From assembly GCA_016187125.1 (NCBI GenBank), contig JACPKF010000009.1, forward strand, positions 11,855 through 75,854: DNA of 64,000 bases, in the 5' to 3' direction. The notes under the pieces are model-generated. The model ran no database searches. It was not told the DNA's origin and worked only from the letters and a program-made list of their open reading frames with translations. This DNA comes from Candidatus Saccharimonadota bacterium. GTDB taxonomy: Bacteria; Patescibacteriota; Saccharimonadia; Saccharimonadales; UBA10212. The position numbers were made by a program, and so were the translations under genes. Shown in pieces: positions 6,556 to 15,633 of the stretch (its first letter is position 1; each line of letters opens with the position of its first letter).

Positions 6556-7896
6556 ATGTTAGATATTCGGTTTATCCGGGAAAATGCCGAAACTGTTGAG
6601 AAAAAGGCTGAACAAAAGGGCTACAAGGTTGATGTTAAGCATCTGCTGGAGCTAGACGATAAACGCCGTAGTTTGCTGTCTGAAATCGAGGAACTACGTG
6701 CAAAGCGTAATGAACTTTCACAATCCGTAAGCGTTTCTCCTAGTCCTTCGCCCGAAGACGGCGACCAAGATATTATGCCTCCGTCTAAGGAATCTATAGC
6801 TGAAGGCAGGCGAATAAAAGAAAAATTGTCCAAGTTTGGGGCTGAGTTGGAGCCAGTAGATAGAAAGTTTTGGGCTCTGTTGAAGGCAGTACCGAACATG
6901 CCGACCAATGACGTACCAGTTGGTACTAGCGAAGCGGACAACATTGTAGCCAAAGAATGGGGCGAAAAACCGAAATTTGATTTTGAACCTAAAACACATT
7001 GGGAAATTGCTGAAGCCCGCGGGCTGATAGATAAAGAAAGAGCCGCCAAAGTAACGGGCAGTCGATTTGCTTATATAAAAGGTGATCTAGTGCGGCTGCA
7101 ATTGGCCATCATGCAGTTTGTTATAGATAGTCTGACAAGTGAGAACACAATCAAAAAAATTATTCAGGAATTTGGGCTCAAAGGCCTCTCGAGTAAACCA
7201 TTTGTGCCTGTCTTGCCGCCGCTGATGATTAGGACTGAAGTTTTCGATGCTATGGATCGTCTGGAACCCAAGAACGAGCGCTATAAAATAGATAGTGAAG
7301 ATTTGTGGCTGCAGGGCAGTGCCGAGCATACGCTGGGACCATTTCATATGGACGAAGTTTTATCAGCTGATGAGCTGCCCATGAGGTATCTCGGTTATGC
7401 CACAAGTTTCCGTCGCGAAGCAGGCACATATGGCAAAGACACCGAAGGTATTATCCGAATGCACCAGTTCGACAAGTTAGAAATGGAAAGCTTCACACTA
7501 CCGGAAGAGGGGGCAAGAGAGCATAAGTTAATGATAGCTATTCAGGAGTATCTGATGCAGCAACTTGAACTTCCATATCACGTGCTAAAGAAGTGTACGG
7601 CTGATATTGGTAAACCCAATGCCAGCGGTGTCGATTTAGAAGTGTGGTTGCAGGGTCATAAACGCTATCTAGAGACACACACTGCTGATTATATGACAGA
7701 TTACCAGACCCGTCGTCTTAATATTAAGGTTAAAAAAATGGATAAAGAGCCGCTGTTCGTTCATACCAACGACGCTACGGCTTTTGCGCTGGGTCGGACT
7801 ATGATTGCCATCATCGAGAATTACCAACAAGCAGACGGCACAGTCCAAATCCCTAAAGCTTTGCAGCCCTACATGCACGGTCAGACTTCTTTTTAG
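6556..7896 (+). CDS. serS: seryl-tRNA synthetase
   Basis: 446 aa with an N-terminal coiled-coil arm and a class II core (e.g. FRREAG). Pro/Ser-rich extra segment (SVSPSPSPEDGDQD) at the arm tip. Confidence 0.93.
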   Translation: MLDIRFIRENAETVEKKAEQKGYKVDVKHLLELDDKRRSLLSEIEELRAKRNELSQSVSVSPSPSPEDGDQDIMPPSKESIAEGRRIKEKLSKFGAELEPVDRKFWALLKAVPNMPTNDVPVGTSEADNIVAKEWGEKPKFDFEPKTHWEIAEARGLIDKERAAKVTGSRFAYIKGDLVRLQLAIMQFVIDSLTSENTIKKIIQEFGLKGLSSKPFVPVLPPLMIRTEVFDAMDRLEPKNERYKIDSEDLWLQGSAEHTLGPFHMDEVLSADELPMRYLGYATSFRREAGTYGKDTEGIIRMHQFDKLEMESFTLPEEGAREHKLMIAIQEYLMQQLELPYHVLKKCTADIGKPNASGVDLEVWLQGHKRYLETHTADYMTDYQTRRLNIKVKKMDKEPLFVHTNDATAFALGRTMIAIIENYQQADGTVQIPKALQPYMHGQTSF

Positions 7897-7932
7897 ATTT
7901 AATTTCATCCTTAGGTTAAAATAGTATGAAGC

Positions 7933-7996
7933 CAGCACGCTAGCACGTAGCCCCTAGTCCATAGCTAAGTGCTAAGAGCTAACAGCTAAGAGCAAT
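7933..7996 (+). repeat. heptamer-periodic array (stop ladder)
   Basis: TAGCACG TAGCCCC TAGTCCA TAGCTAA GTGCTAA GAGCTAA CAGCTAA GAGCAAT in unbroken 7-nt register. Confidence 0.85.
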
Positions 7997-8011
7997 ATTT
8001 TGGAGGTTTTT

Positions 8012-10639
8012 TTGTTAGGATTGAATACTAAAGTTTTAAAACGAATGCTTGGTGACCCTCAGGCGTCGACGATTAAACGCTTAAAAAAACGCGTTCGCGA
8101 AATTAATGCTTTGGCTGATAAGTATAAAAAAATGAGCGATACGCAGCTCAAAGGCCAGACAGCCGAGCTAAAAAAGCGTCTGGAAAAAGGCGGTAGCCTT
8201 GATAAGATTCTACCCGAAGCCTTTGCGGTTGTTCGTGAAGCTTCAACCCGAACTTTAAAACAGCGGCATTTTGACGTCCAGTTAATTGGCGGCATGGTGC
8301 TGCACGAAGGCGGAGTCGCTGAAATGAAAACCGGCGAAGGCAAGACTCTGGTAGCCACGTTGCCGGTTTATCTCAACGGCCTGGAAGGCCAGGGTGTGCA
8401 TATAGTCACAGTTAATGATTATCTGGCGCAGCGTGACGCTGGATGGATGGGCCAAATTTATGACTTTCTGGGCTTGTCCGTAGGAGTAATTATTCCCGAC
8501 CAGTCTTACATATATGATCCTAAATATGAAAACAAAGACCATTTTGATGAACGCTTTTCTCACCTTCGTCCAGCTACTCGCCAAGAGGCCTACCAAGCTG
8601 ATATAACTTATGGCACCAATAACGAGTTCGGCTTTGATTACCTGCGCGATAACATGGTCCGCGAAGTTGACCAATTGCGCCAACGCGATTTGCATTACGC
8701 CATCGTAGACGAAGTCGACTCTATTTTGATTGACGAAGCTCGCACTCCGCTAATTATTAGCGCGCCGTCGGCGGCCAGCGCTACCGCTTACAGCCAATTT
8801 GCTCGAGTTGTTAGGCAGCTTAAGGAAACGCAGCATTACGAGAAAGACGAGAAACGCCGCAGTGTAATCCTGACCGACGCTGGCGTAGAGTTCGTCGAGC
8901 GTATCTTAGGTATCGAAAATCTGTATTCAACTGATAATTTGCGAACCATTTACCACCTTGAGCAAGCCTTAAAAGCTCAGGTTTTGTTTAACCGTGATAA
9001 AGACTACGTGGTGACTAACGAGGGCGAAATCGTCATAGTCGATGATTTTACCGGCCGCCTACTTAAAGGCCGGCGTTATAACGAAGGCCTGCATCAGGCG
9101 ATTGAAGCCAAAGAAGGCGTGGCAGTCCAAGAAGAATCCATGACGCTGGCCACAATTTCTTTCCAAAATTACTTCCGACTTTATAAGAAACTGTCCGGTA
9201 TGACCGGTACGGCCATGACAGAAAGTGAAGAGTTCCATCAAATTTATAAACTTAACGTTGTTGAGGTGCCGACTAATCAGCCCAATATACGTGACGACTT
9301 ACCGGATCGTATTTATAAATCCGAAGCTGGCAAATATAGGGCCATCACGCGCGAGGTCAAAGAACTTAACAAAAAAGGTCAACCAGTACTGCTTGGTACC
9401 GTCAGTGTTGAGAAAAATGAACTGCTGTCGACACTGCTCAAAAAAGCCGACATAACCCATGAAGTTTTGAATGCCAAAAATAACGAACGGGAAGCCGCAA
9501 TTATTGCCAAAGCCGGTCAAAAAGGTGCCGTTACGCTAGCGACTAATATTGCGGGGCGAGGTACTGATATCGTGTTGGGCAAAGGCATAACCGATCTGGG
9601 CGGCTTATTCGTGCTGGGGTCAGAACGCCACGAGTCACGTCGTATTGACAACCAGCTGCGCGGACGTACCGCACGTCAAGGTGATCCTGGAATCACCCAG
9701 TTTTATGTTTCCTGCCAAGATGATTTAATGCGTGTTTACGGCGGTGATAAAATCGCTGGCCTAATGACTAAATTAAGAGTTGATGAAGACACGCCGATCC
9801 AAAGTCGGATGATTACCAAAAGCCTGGAGGGCGCCCAGAAAAAGGTTGAAGGCTTTAACTTTGATATGCGCAAAAATGTTGTGCAATATGACGACGTCAT
9901 GAACCGTCACCGCAAAGCAATTTATGCTATTCGCCGAGAGGTGCTGCGAGCAGAGGATATTAGTCCGCGGATCAAGAAGTTTATAGCCGAAGAAGCCGAA
10001 TTTTTTTCCAACCACCCAGAATCGTTGAGCGAAAGTTTTGAAGCCATTTTAACCGAAGTATTTCCGTTCGAAGACAAAACGCTCGACAAGCTGTTCGACG
10101 CCGAGGCTAGCAAATTCCAAAAATCTCTGCAAGAGGCTGCCAGCCAGCTATATGCCGATCAGGAAAAGCGTTTTGGCAATGAGGTTATGCGTAAAGTCGA
10201 ACGCGATGTCTATCTGCAGATTCTGGACAATTTGTGGATGCAGCACCTGGAAAACATGGATCATCTGCGCGAGGGGATACACTGGATCAGTGTCGGCCAA
10301 CGTGATCCGTTGGTGGAGTATCGTCGCCAATCTCAGCGGATATTTGACGAAATGCAAATGGTGCTGCGGCACGAAATCGTCAGAGCTATCATGCATGCCC
10401 AACCAATTGAGAAGGAGGTCTTAGAAGAAACAGTCGAGACTGATTTAACTCTCGCAGCTCGTGGTTCGGTTGATAACGCCAGTGAAATTTTAAGCGCCGA
10501 AACTTATGAAGAAAGCGACTTCAAATCAGCAAAAAATGAATCCGCCGCGGCGGACCAAGCTAAACTCCATAACCAGCGTAAAAAAGCCCGTAAAGCCGAG
10601 CGCCAACGCAAGAAGTCGGCTAAGCGCCGCAGAAAATAG
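8012..10639 (+). CDS. secA: preprotein translocase ATPase SecA
   Basis: Full-length SecA-like sequence (MKTGEGKT Walker A, DEVDSILIDEARTPLIIS). GGAGG at 8002-8006 favours TTG 8012 over the track start at 8000; the start is uncertain within 8000-8045. Confidence 0.93.
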   Translation: MLGLNTKVLKRMLGDPQASTIKRLKKRVREINALADKYKKMSDTQLKGQTAELKKRLEKGGSLDKILPEAFAVVREASTRTLKQRHFDVQLIGGMVLHEGGVAEMKTGEGKTLVATLPVYLNGLEGQGVHIVTVNDYLAQRDAGWMGQIYDFLGLSVGVIIPDQSYIYDPKYENKDHFDERFSHLRPATRQEAYQADITYGTNNEFGFDYLRDNMVREVDQLRQRDLHYAIVDEVDSILIDEARTPLIISAPSAASATAYSQFARVVRQLKETQHYEKDEKRRSVILTDAGVEFVERILGIENLYSTDNLRTIYHLEQALKAQVLFNRDKDYVVTNEGEIVIVDDFTGRLLKGRRYNEGLHQAIEAKEGVAVQEESMTLATISFQNYFRLYKKLSGMTGTAMTESEEFHQIYKLNVVEVPTNQPNIRDDLPDRIYKSEAGKYRAITREVKELNKKGQPVLLGTVSVEKNELLSTLLKKADITHEVLNAKNNEREAAIIAKAGQKGAVTLATNIAGRGTDIVLGKGITDLGGLFVLGSERHESRRIDNQLRGRTARQGDPGITQFYVSCQDDLMRVYGGDKIAGLMTKLRVDEDTPIQSRMITKSLEGAQKKVEGFNFDMRKNVVQYDDVMNRHRKAIYAIRREVLRAEDISPRIKKFIAEEAEFFSNHPESLSESFEAILTEVFPFEDKTLDKLFDAEASKFQKSLQEAASQLYADQEKRFGNEVMRKVERDVYLQILDNLWMQHLENMDHLREGIHWISVGQRDPLVEYRRQSQRIFDEMQMVLRHEIVRAIMHAQPIEKEVLEETVETDLTLAARGSVDNASEILSAETYEESDFKSAKNESAAADQAKLHNQRKKARKAERQRKKSAKRRRK

Positions 10640-10700
10640 TAACCAGGAAATAGAAACTAGTATGAGCTACAGTGCCAATCTAGCAATCGACAATAAGTCC

Positions 10701-10735
10701 GCTAATTTCTATTTACTAATTTCTAACTGCTATTT
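10701..10735 (+). repeat. heptamer array directly upstream of the M16 peptidase start
   Basis: GCTAATT TCTATTT ACTAATT TCTAACT GCTATTT. Closely related words occur at 18401-18428 and, on the minus strand, at 60724-60751. Confidence 0.8.
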
Positions 10736-10737
10736 TT

Positions 10738-12021
10738 ATGAAGCATAATGTCTCAGAAGTCCAATTAAAAAATGGTGCTCGCGGGCTTCTAATAGACATT
10801 CCTGGTACCTCCGTGACAAGTTATGAACTCAATTTTAGGGCGGGCGAGTTTTTGGTACCGTATAAAAAGTGGGAAACGGCGCATATTTTAGAGCACATGG
10901 TGTCGGCTGGTGCTAATGAAAAGTATCCCAACCGCAATCTTTTTAACGCCGAGATAAGTAGGAACGGCGCCTACATCAATGCTTACACCAGCTACTACTC
11001 AGTGGCTTATGTCGGTGAGGTCGCCGATTTTGAGTGGGACCGGGTGCTGCGGCTGCAGCAAATTTCTCTGTCCAAGCCACTATTTTTGCAAGCTGAATTT
11101 GATGCCGAGTTTGGCAATATCCACGACGAGTTAATCAGCTTGTCTAATAATCATTTCCGGGCATTATCAGGCAAAATGAGCCAAGATTTCGGCTTTAAAG
11201 TTGCTACTGATTTTGAACGGTCTAAGCTGATGAATAACGTCAATCGCCAGGATCTGATTAAGCACTACAAAAAAACCCATTTTACGCGGAATTTGCGCTT
11301 TGTTATTGCTGGCTCACTGCGTGGCCGTCGAGTGGACGTTAAAAGACTTTTGGAAGAGCTAGAACTGCCAGTAGGATCTGCTCGTTTTAAGTTGCCTGAA
11401 GAAAAAGCCAAAAAACCGGCCAAACCGACCTTTATTGCCAATAAAACTGTGCCTAATATTTATCTGATTATCACCAGCCAGTTCAACGATATAATCTCAC
11501 AAAAAGACGACGACGCCCTCGGTATAGCCAGAGTTATGTTAACCGATACGCTTTATTCTAAAATCTTTGGCCAAGCCCGTGACAAGGGGCTGGTTTACTA
11601 TGTGAGCTCGGGGCATCATATTTCCAGCCGTGTTAGTGAATGGTGGTTGAGCGCTCAGGTGCTGCCTGATAACGCACTAGCTCTCGCGGATATTGTGCTA
11701 GCCGAGGTTAAAAAACTCCAAAATGGCATTATTGATGAAACTGAGCTTGAAATAGCCAAACAATACTCCCTGGGATCTTTTCAACGCTCGATGCAAACTG
11801 TACAGAGTGTGGCTAGCGCCTATTCGCGCTACTTTTTTGACGGGCATATAGAAGACATACGAGCTATGCCGACTCGCATCAAGGCTATCACCAAAAAAGA
11901 TATAGCCAGGGCCATGGCAAAATTATTCTCACAGAAAGTTGGCAGCGTAGGCGTTTTAGGCGGCATGGACGCTTCTATTGCACAGAAGCTTGATGAACAA
12001 TTACAACCCCTTTGGCACTGA
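10738..12021 (+). CDS. M16 (pitrilysin/insulinase) family zinc peptidase
   Basis: Inverted zinc motif HxxEH (HILEH) near the N-terminus; 427 aa two-domain size. Confidence 0.8.
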   Translation: MKHNVSEVQLKNGARGLLIDIPGTSVTSYELNFRAGEFLVPYKKWETAHILEHMVSAGANEKYPNRNLFNAEISRNGAYINAYTSYYSVAYVGEVADFEWDRVLRLQQISLSKPLFLQAEFDAEFGNIHDELISLSNNHFRALSGKMSQDFGFKVATDFERSKLMNNVNRQDLIKHYKKTHFTRNLRFVIAGSLRGRRVDVKRLLEELELPVGSARFKLPEEKAKKPAKPTFIANKTVPNIYLIITSQFNDIISQKDDDALGIARVMLTDTLYSKIFGQARDKGLVYYVSSGHHISSRVSEWWLSAQVLPDNALALADIVLAEVKKLQNGIIDETELEIAKQYSLGSFQRSMQTVQSVASAYSRYFFDGHIEDIRAMPTRIKAITKKDIARAMAKLFSQKVGSVGVLGGMDASIAQKLDEQLQPLWH

Positions 12022-12167
12022 CAGCGGCTTCGCCTTTTGAAGGACAACCAAAGGTTTTCCTTCAACGCCACTTTCGGAGTAAATCCGAATCCCGACTTAT
12101 CGTCGGGACCGTGGCTACTACCTTTCCCTCCAAGCTCTAAAGTGGTTTTTACACTATACTAGCTATT

Positions 12168-13292
12168 ATGGAACAGTTAAAAAAGCGGGTAGAGCAGCTT
12201 CTATCCGAAGTTAAACGGGAGACTGAGAAACTTAATTTAAAAGATCTTGAATCGGAATTGCGGGACCTGAAACAGCAAATGGCCAAGCCCGATTTTTGGC
12301 AAGACCGGCAAAAAGCTCAAGACCTTAGCAAGCGGGAAGCTGATTTAGCTCGGCGGGTTGGACCATGGCAAAAACTGCAGCAGGAAATTTCCGAAACAAA
12401 AGAACTCATTAAATTGGAGGATTCTAGTCTCGAAGAAGAGCTTGCAAATAAAATCTCAATTCTCAATTCCGAGTTCTCAATTCTCAAAAAAGAACTTCGT
12501 TTCCAGGGTCCGTTTGATAATCACGATGTTATTTTAAGTATTTACGCCGGGGCCGGTGGCACCGATGCCCAGGATTGGGCGCAGATGTTGCTACGTATGT
12601 ATGTCCGCTGGGCTGAAAGCCATAAGCTAAAGGTTAAAACTATCGATCAAAGCACCGGCGAGGAGGCTGGCATCAAAAGCGCCACTATCAAAATTTCCGG
12701 TCATTCGACTCTGAGGGATGAGCCCTCAGGCTCAGACTTGAAGAGCGGTGATTTTTTATATGGTAAGTTACAGAGTGAGCAGGGTGTGCACCGGCTGGTG
12801 CGCCTGAGTCCTTTTAATGCCAACAACCTGCGCCAAACCAGCTTCGCCAAAGTAGATATCCTGCCATCTATAGACAAACCTAGTGAAGTTGAGTTAGATG
12901 ACAAGGATCTTAAAATTGACGTCTACCGAGCCGGCGGTCATGGCGGCCAATCAGTCAATACCACAGATTCGGCGGTGCGGGTAACTCATCTTCCAACAGG
13001 CGTTACAGTTGCCATTCAAAACGAGCGCAGCCAGTTGCAAAATAAGGCAACGGCGCTGGGAATCTTGCGCTCAAAACTTGTTCAACTCCAACAGCAGCAA
13101 CACGTGCAAAATCTAGCCGATCTTAAAGGTCCTAACCAATCAGCCGAGTGGGGCAGCCAAATCCGCAGCTACGTCCTGCATCCATATAAACAAGTCAAAG
13201 ATCTGCGCAGCGGCTACGAAACCACCGACCCCCAATCCGTTTTAGACGGCAACCTCGATCCATTTATTAACGCCTGGCTGGAGTGCCCTTAA
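12168..13292 (+). CDS. prfB: peptide chain release factor 2, single uninterrupted frame
   Basis: SPF and GGQ motifs. No internal in-frame TGA or frameshift site. TATACT -10 box lies 7 nt before the ATG. Confidence 0.93.
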   Translation: MEQLKKRVEQLLSEVKRETEKLNLKDLESELRDLKQQMAKPDFWQDRQKAQDLSKREADLARRVGPWQKLQQEISETKELIKLEDSSLEEELANKISILNSEFSILKKELRFQGPFDNHDVILSIYAGAGGTDAQDWAQMLLRMYVRWAESHKLKVKTIDQSTGEEAGIKSATIKISGHSTLRDEPSGSDLKSGDFLYGKLQSEQGVHRLVRLSPFNANNLRQTSFAKVDILPSIDKPSEVELDDKDLKIDVYRAGGHGGQSVNTTDSAVRVTHLPTGVTVAIQNERSQLQNKATALGILRSKLVQLQQQQHVQNLADLKGPNQSAEWGSQIRSYVLHPYKQVKDLRSGYETTDPQSVLDGNLDPFINAWLECP

Positions 13293-13305
13293 ATAAAATA
13301 GAAAA

Positions 13306-13641
13306 TTATCGATACCGTCTCCTGTTGATTTTCTTTTTAGTTGTCCCGGTTGATTTAATGATAGCTAGTCGACCTAAATTAGGTAAAGTATTCTCCCAGA
13401 AACACTCTTGATGTAAATGGTGGTGAGTATATCCTTCTATTCTTCTGAGAGTTTCAACTACGGTATGTTCTGCACCTATGGTAATATCGCCTAAGCACTC
13501 TGCGCATTTATATAACTTACGGGCGATAGATGTATTTGCGTATATCCTCAAGCCTTCTTCAGTAAAAGCGGAAACAGATAACCGTCTACTGGGTAATTGT
13601 CGCTCAATAATTTCTGAACGTAAACTGTCGTTCATACTCAA
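13306..13641 (-). CDS. hypothetical small protein with Cys/His cluster
   Basis: 111 aa with CAEC ... HHHLHQEC and a basic tail; AT-rich; no family recognised. Confidence 0.45.
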   Translation of the reverse strand: MSMNDSLRSEIIERQLPSRRLSVSAFTEEGLRIYANTSIARKLYKCAECLGDITIGAEHTVVETLRRIEGYTHHHLHQECFWENTLPNLGRLAIIKSTGTTKKKINRRRYR

Positions 13642-13695
13642 ACTATATCATATAATGTGGCAAGAGGCAAATAACCATAATCGTGGTCCAGTGTT

Positions 13696-13704
13696 TGTTA
13701 TACT
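13696..13704 (+). promoter_or_regulatory. extended -10 box (TGTTATACT) 7 nt upstream of the ftsE ATG
   Basis: TGnTATACT followed by GGTATAG, then ATG 13712. No SD sequence. Confidence 0.5.
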
Positions 13705-13711
13705 GGTATAG

Positions 13712-14392
13712 ATGATTTTGCTCGATAGAGTAACAAAAACTTATAACCGGCGTGGCGCGGCGCTGGAACGAATTAGCCTTCATGTTGAGCCTAAAGAATT
13801 CGTAATTATAGTTGGTCCTAGCGGCGCTGGTAAATCCACTCTATTTAAGCTGTTGACCAGGGAAGAAAAGCCAACCAGCGGCAAGATAATTGTCGGTGGT
13901 ATGGATTATGAGCACCTCAAAGACAAAGAGATTCCGCTGTTGCGGCGTAAAATTGGAGTAGTTTTTCAAGATTTTAAACTTCTGCCGGCTAAAACCGTCT
14001 TTGAGAACGTGGCTTTCGCTCTGGAAATTGCCGGACTACCAACCCGCGAAATCAAGCACACTGTCCCCAAGGTCCTGGAAGTGGTGGGATTAAAAGGGAA
14101 AGAAAATCATTATCCGCTGGAGCTATCCGGTGGCGAACGCCAACGGGTAGCCATAGCCCGAGCCGTAGTGCGCCAGCCCAAAATCCTAATAGCCGACGAG
14201 CCAACCGGTAACCTCGATCCCAAGAATGCTTTTGACGTCATCAAAGTTTTAGAAAAAATTAACCGTTTTGGCACTACGGTCCTGCTAACAACCCATAACC
14301 AGGAGATAGTTAACTATCTTAGGCGCCGCGTGGTGACAATAAAAGATGGCAAAGTTATCAGTGATCGAGCGGTAGGACAATACAGGGCATGA
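13712..14392 (+). CDS. ftsE: cell-division ABC ATPase FtsE
   Basis: Walker A GPSGAGKST, signature LSGGERQR, Walker B ILIADEPT. Confidence 0.92.
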   Translation: MILLDRVTKTYNRRGAALERISLHVEPKEFVIIVGPSGAGKSTLFKLLTREEKPTSGKIIVGGMDYEHLKDKEIPLLRRKIGVVFQDFKLLPAKTVFENVAFALEIAGLPTREIKHTVPKVLEVVGLKGKENHYPLELSGGERQRVAIARAVVRQPKILIADEPTGNLDPKNAFDVIKVLEKINRFGTTVLLTTHNQEIVNYLRRRVVTIKDGKVISDRAVGQYRA

Positions 14393-14410
14393 CTACGTTA
14401 TTTAATTTAT

Positions 14411-14523
14411 CATTTACCAATTCACATTTACCAATTAAGTATCATTTAACATTTACCAAACCTTCTGATAAATGGCTAATGAACAATAATTTGGCTAATG
14501 GTAAATGGCTAATGGTCAATGGC
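14411..14523. repeat. two opposed heptamer arrays in the ftsE-ftsX spacer
   Basis: CATTTAC CAATTCA CATTTAC CAATTAA ... then AAATGGC TAATGAA CAATAAT ... TAATGGT AAATGGC TAATGGT CAATGGC. The halves are partly reverse-complementary. Confidence 0.8.
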
Positions 14524-14540
14524 ACTGGAGGTGCTAGGTT

Positions 14541-15482
14541 ATGAAATCCGACCATAAATTTATAACTTTAGAGAGAGTTTTTAAAAACGGGTTTATTAAT
14601 TTTGGTCGTAATATCTGGTTGGCGGTCGCGGCCATGGCCATGATGGCAATCACGTTAACGATATTACTGTTTGCGGTCGTAGCCAACGCTACTTTTTCAC
14701 ATACTATCTCGGAAATCACCCGCCATATAGATGTTTCGGTCTATTTAAAAGACAGTGTCAACGACAAGCAGCGCCAAGACTTAATAGATCAAATTCAACG
14801 TATCGATAGCGTGGCGGCAGTCAGTTATGTCAGTAAAGAGCAAGCCCTTAAAACCTACCGGGCTCAAAACATTAATAACCCCGAGCTGCTAAGTGCTATT
14901 TCTGAAACCGAAAATCCCTTGCCAGCGTCACTTAAAATCGAGCCTAAAGACCCGAATCACCTAGGGGAAATAAAAAACTTTTTAGATAAACCGGAAATTG
15001 CTAAGCTACAATCGGATCCAACTTCTTACTCTGGTGATCGCAAAGCGGCCATCGATAAAATCGCCAATGCCACGCACTTTTTCCGACAGGCTGGCATTGC
15101 CGGAATTGCCGTTTTTATAATTATATCGATGCTGATCATCTTTAATACCATTAGGATGGCGATCTTTAACCGCCGCGACGAGTTGATAATAATGCGTCTG
15201 CTTGGCGCCAAGCCTTGGTATATAAAAGGTCCATTCATAGTTGAAACCATGCTTTACGGCATAGTAGCCGCAGTAGTATCATTAGCTGTCTGTGCAGCGC
15301 TCTTTAAGATAGCTAGCTCAACCTTGCAGGCCAGCAGCTTAGGCCTGCTTGATATAAGTTATTCCAATCAGTATTTCAGCAAGAACTTATGGCTGATCTT
15401 AGTAGCGCAAATAGGCGCTGGTATAATAATAGGAGCCGCATCTTCGGCCATAGCCACACGGCGCTATCTCAAACTCAAATAG
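14541..15482 (+). CDS. ftsX: cell-division permease-like FtsX
   Basis: 313 aa with FtsX topology (TM, large extracytoplasmic loop, three C-terminal TMs); adjacent to ftsE. Confidence 0.88.
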   Translation: MKSDHKFITLERVFKNGFINFGRNIWLAVAAMAMMAITLTILLFAVVANATFSHTISEITRHIDVSVYLKDSVNDKQRQDLIDQIQRIDSVAAVSYVSKEQALKTYRAQNINNPELLSAISETENPLPASLKIEPKDPNHLGEIKNFLDKPEIAKLQSDPTSYSGDRKAAIDKIANATHFFRQAGIAGIAVFIIISMLIIFNTIRMAIFNRRDELIIMRLLGAKPWYIKGPFIVETMLYGIVAAVVSLAVCAALFKIASSTLQASSLGLLDISYSNQYFSKNLWLILVAQIGAGIIIGAASSAIATRRYLKLK

Positions 15483-15498
15483 ATAAAAAATTCGTTGT

Positions 15499-15582
15499 GA
15501 GGTCTGCCCTTGCAAAAAGAAAGATAGGTAAAATCTGGTGATTTTGCGCAAAATCTCTTTACTTTTGGCAAGGGCAGACCTC
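15499..15582. repeat. long-hairpin element, family B, copy 2 (inverted relative to copy 1)
   Basis: Arms GAGGTCTGCCCTTGCAAAAAG / CTTTTGGCAAGGGCAGACCTC. The loop is the reverse complement of the copy 1 loop (AAAGAGATTTT-N4-AAAATCAC). Confidence 0.85.
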
Positions 15583-15633
15583 TTTTGCCTAGTTGACAAA
15601 GCTAAATGGGGGTATGGTACTATTAAAGAGTCA

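Noticed and set aside
12168-12260. Programmed +1 frameshift site (CTT TGA C) in prfB
   Set aside because: The RF2 ORF is continuous from ATG 12168 with a normal N-terminus and no in-frame TGA. Absence of the frameshift is common and not remarkable.
12500-12512. 13-nt match of the RAYT-flanking REP half-site (TTTCCAGGGTCCG) inside prfB
   Set aside because: Only one arm is present, with no complementary partner. It encodes conserved-looking RF2 residues (RFQGP). It is treated as coincidence or a possible former target, not as an element.
14411-14523. CRISPR-like array among the short tandem repeats
   Set aside because: The units are 7 nt with no unique spacers and no cas genes, so they do not fit CRISPR architecture.
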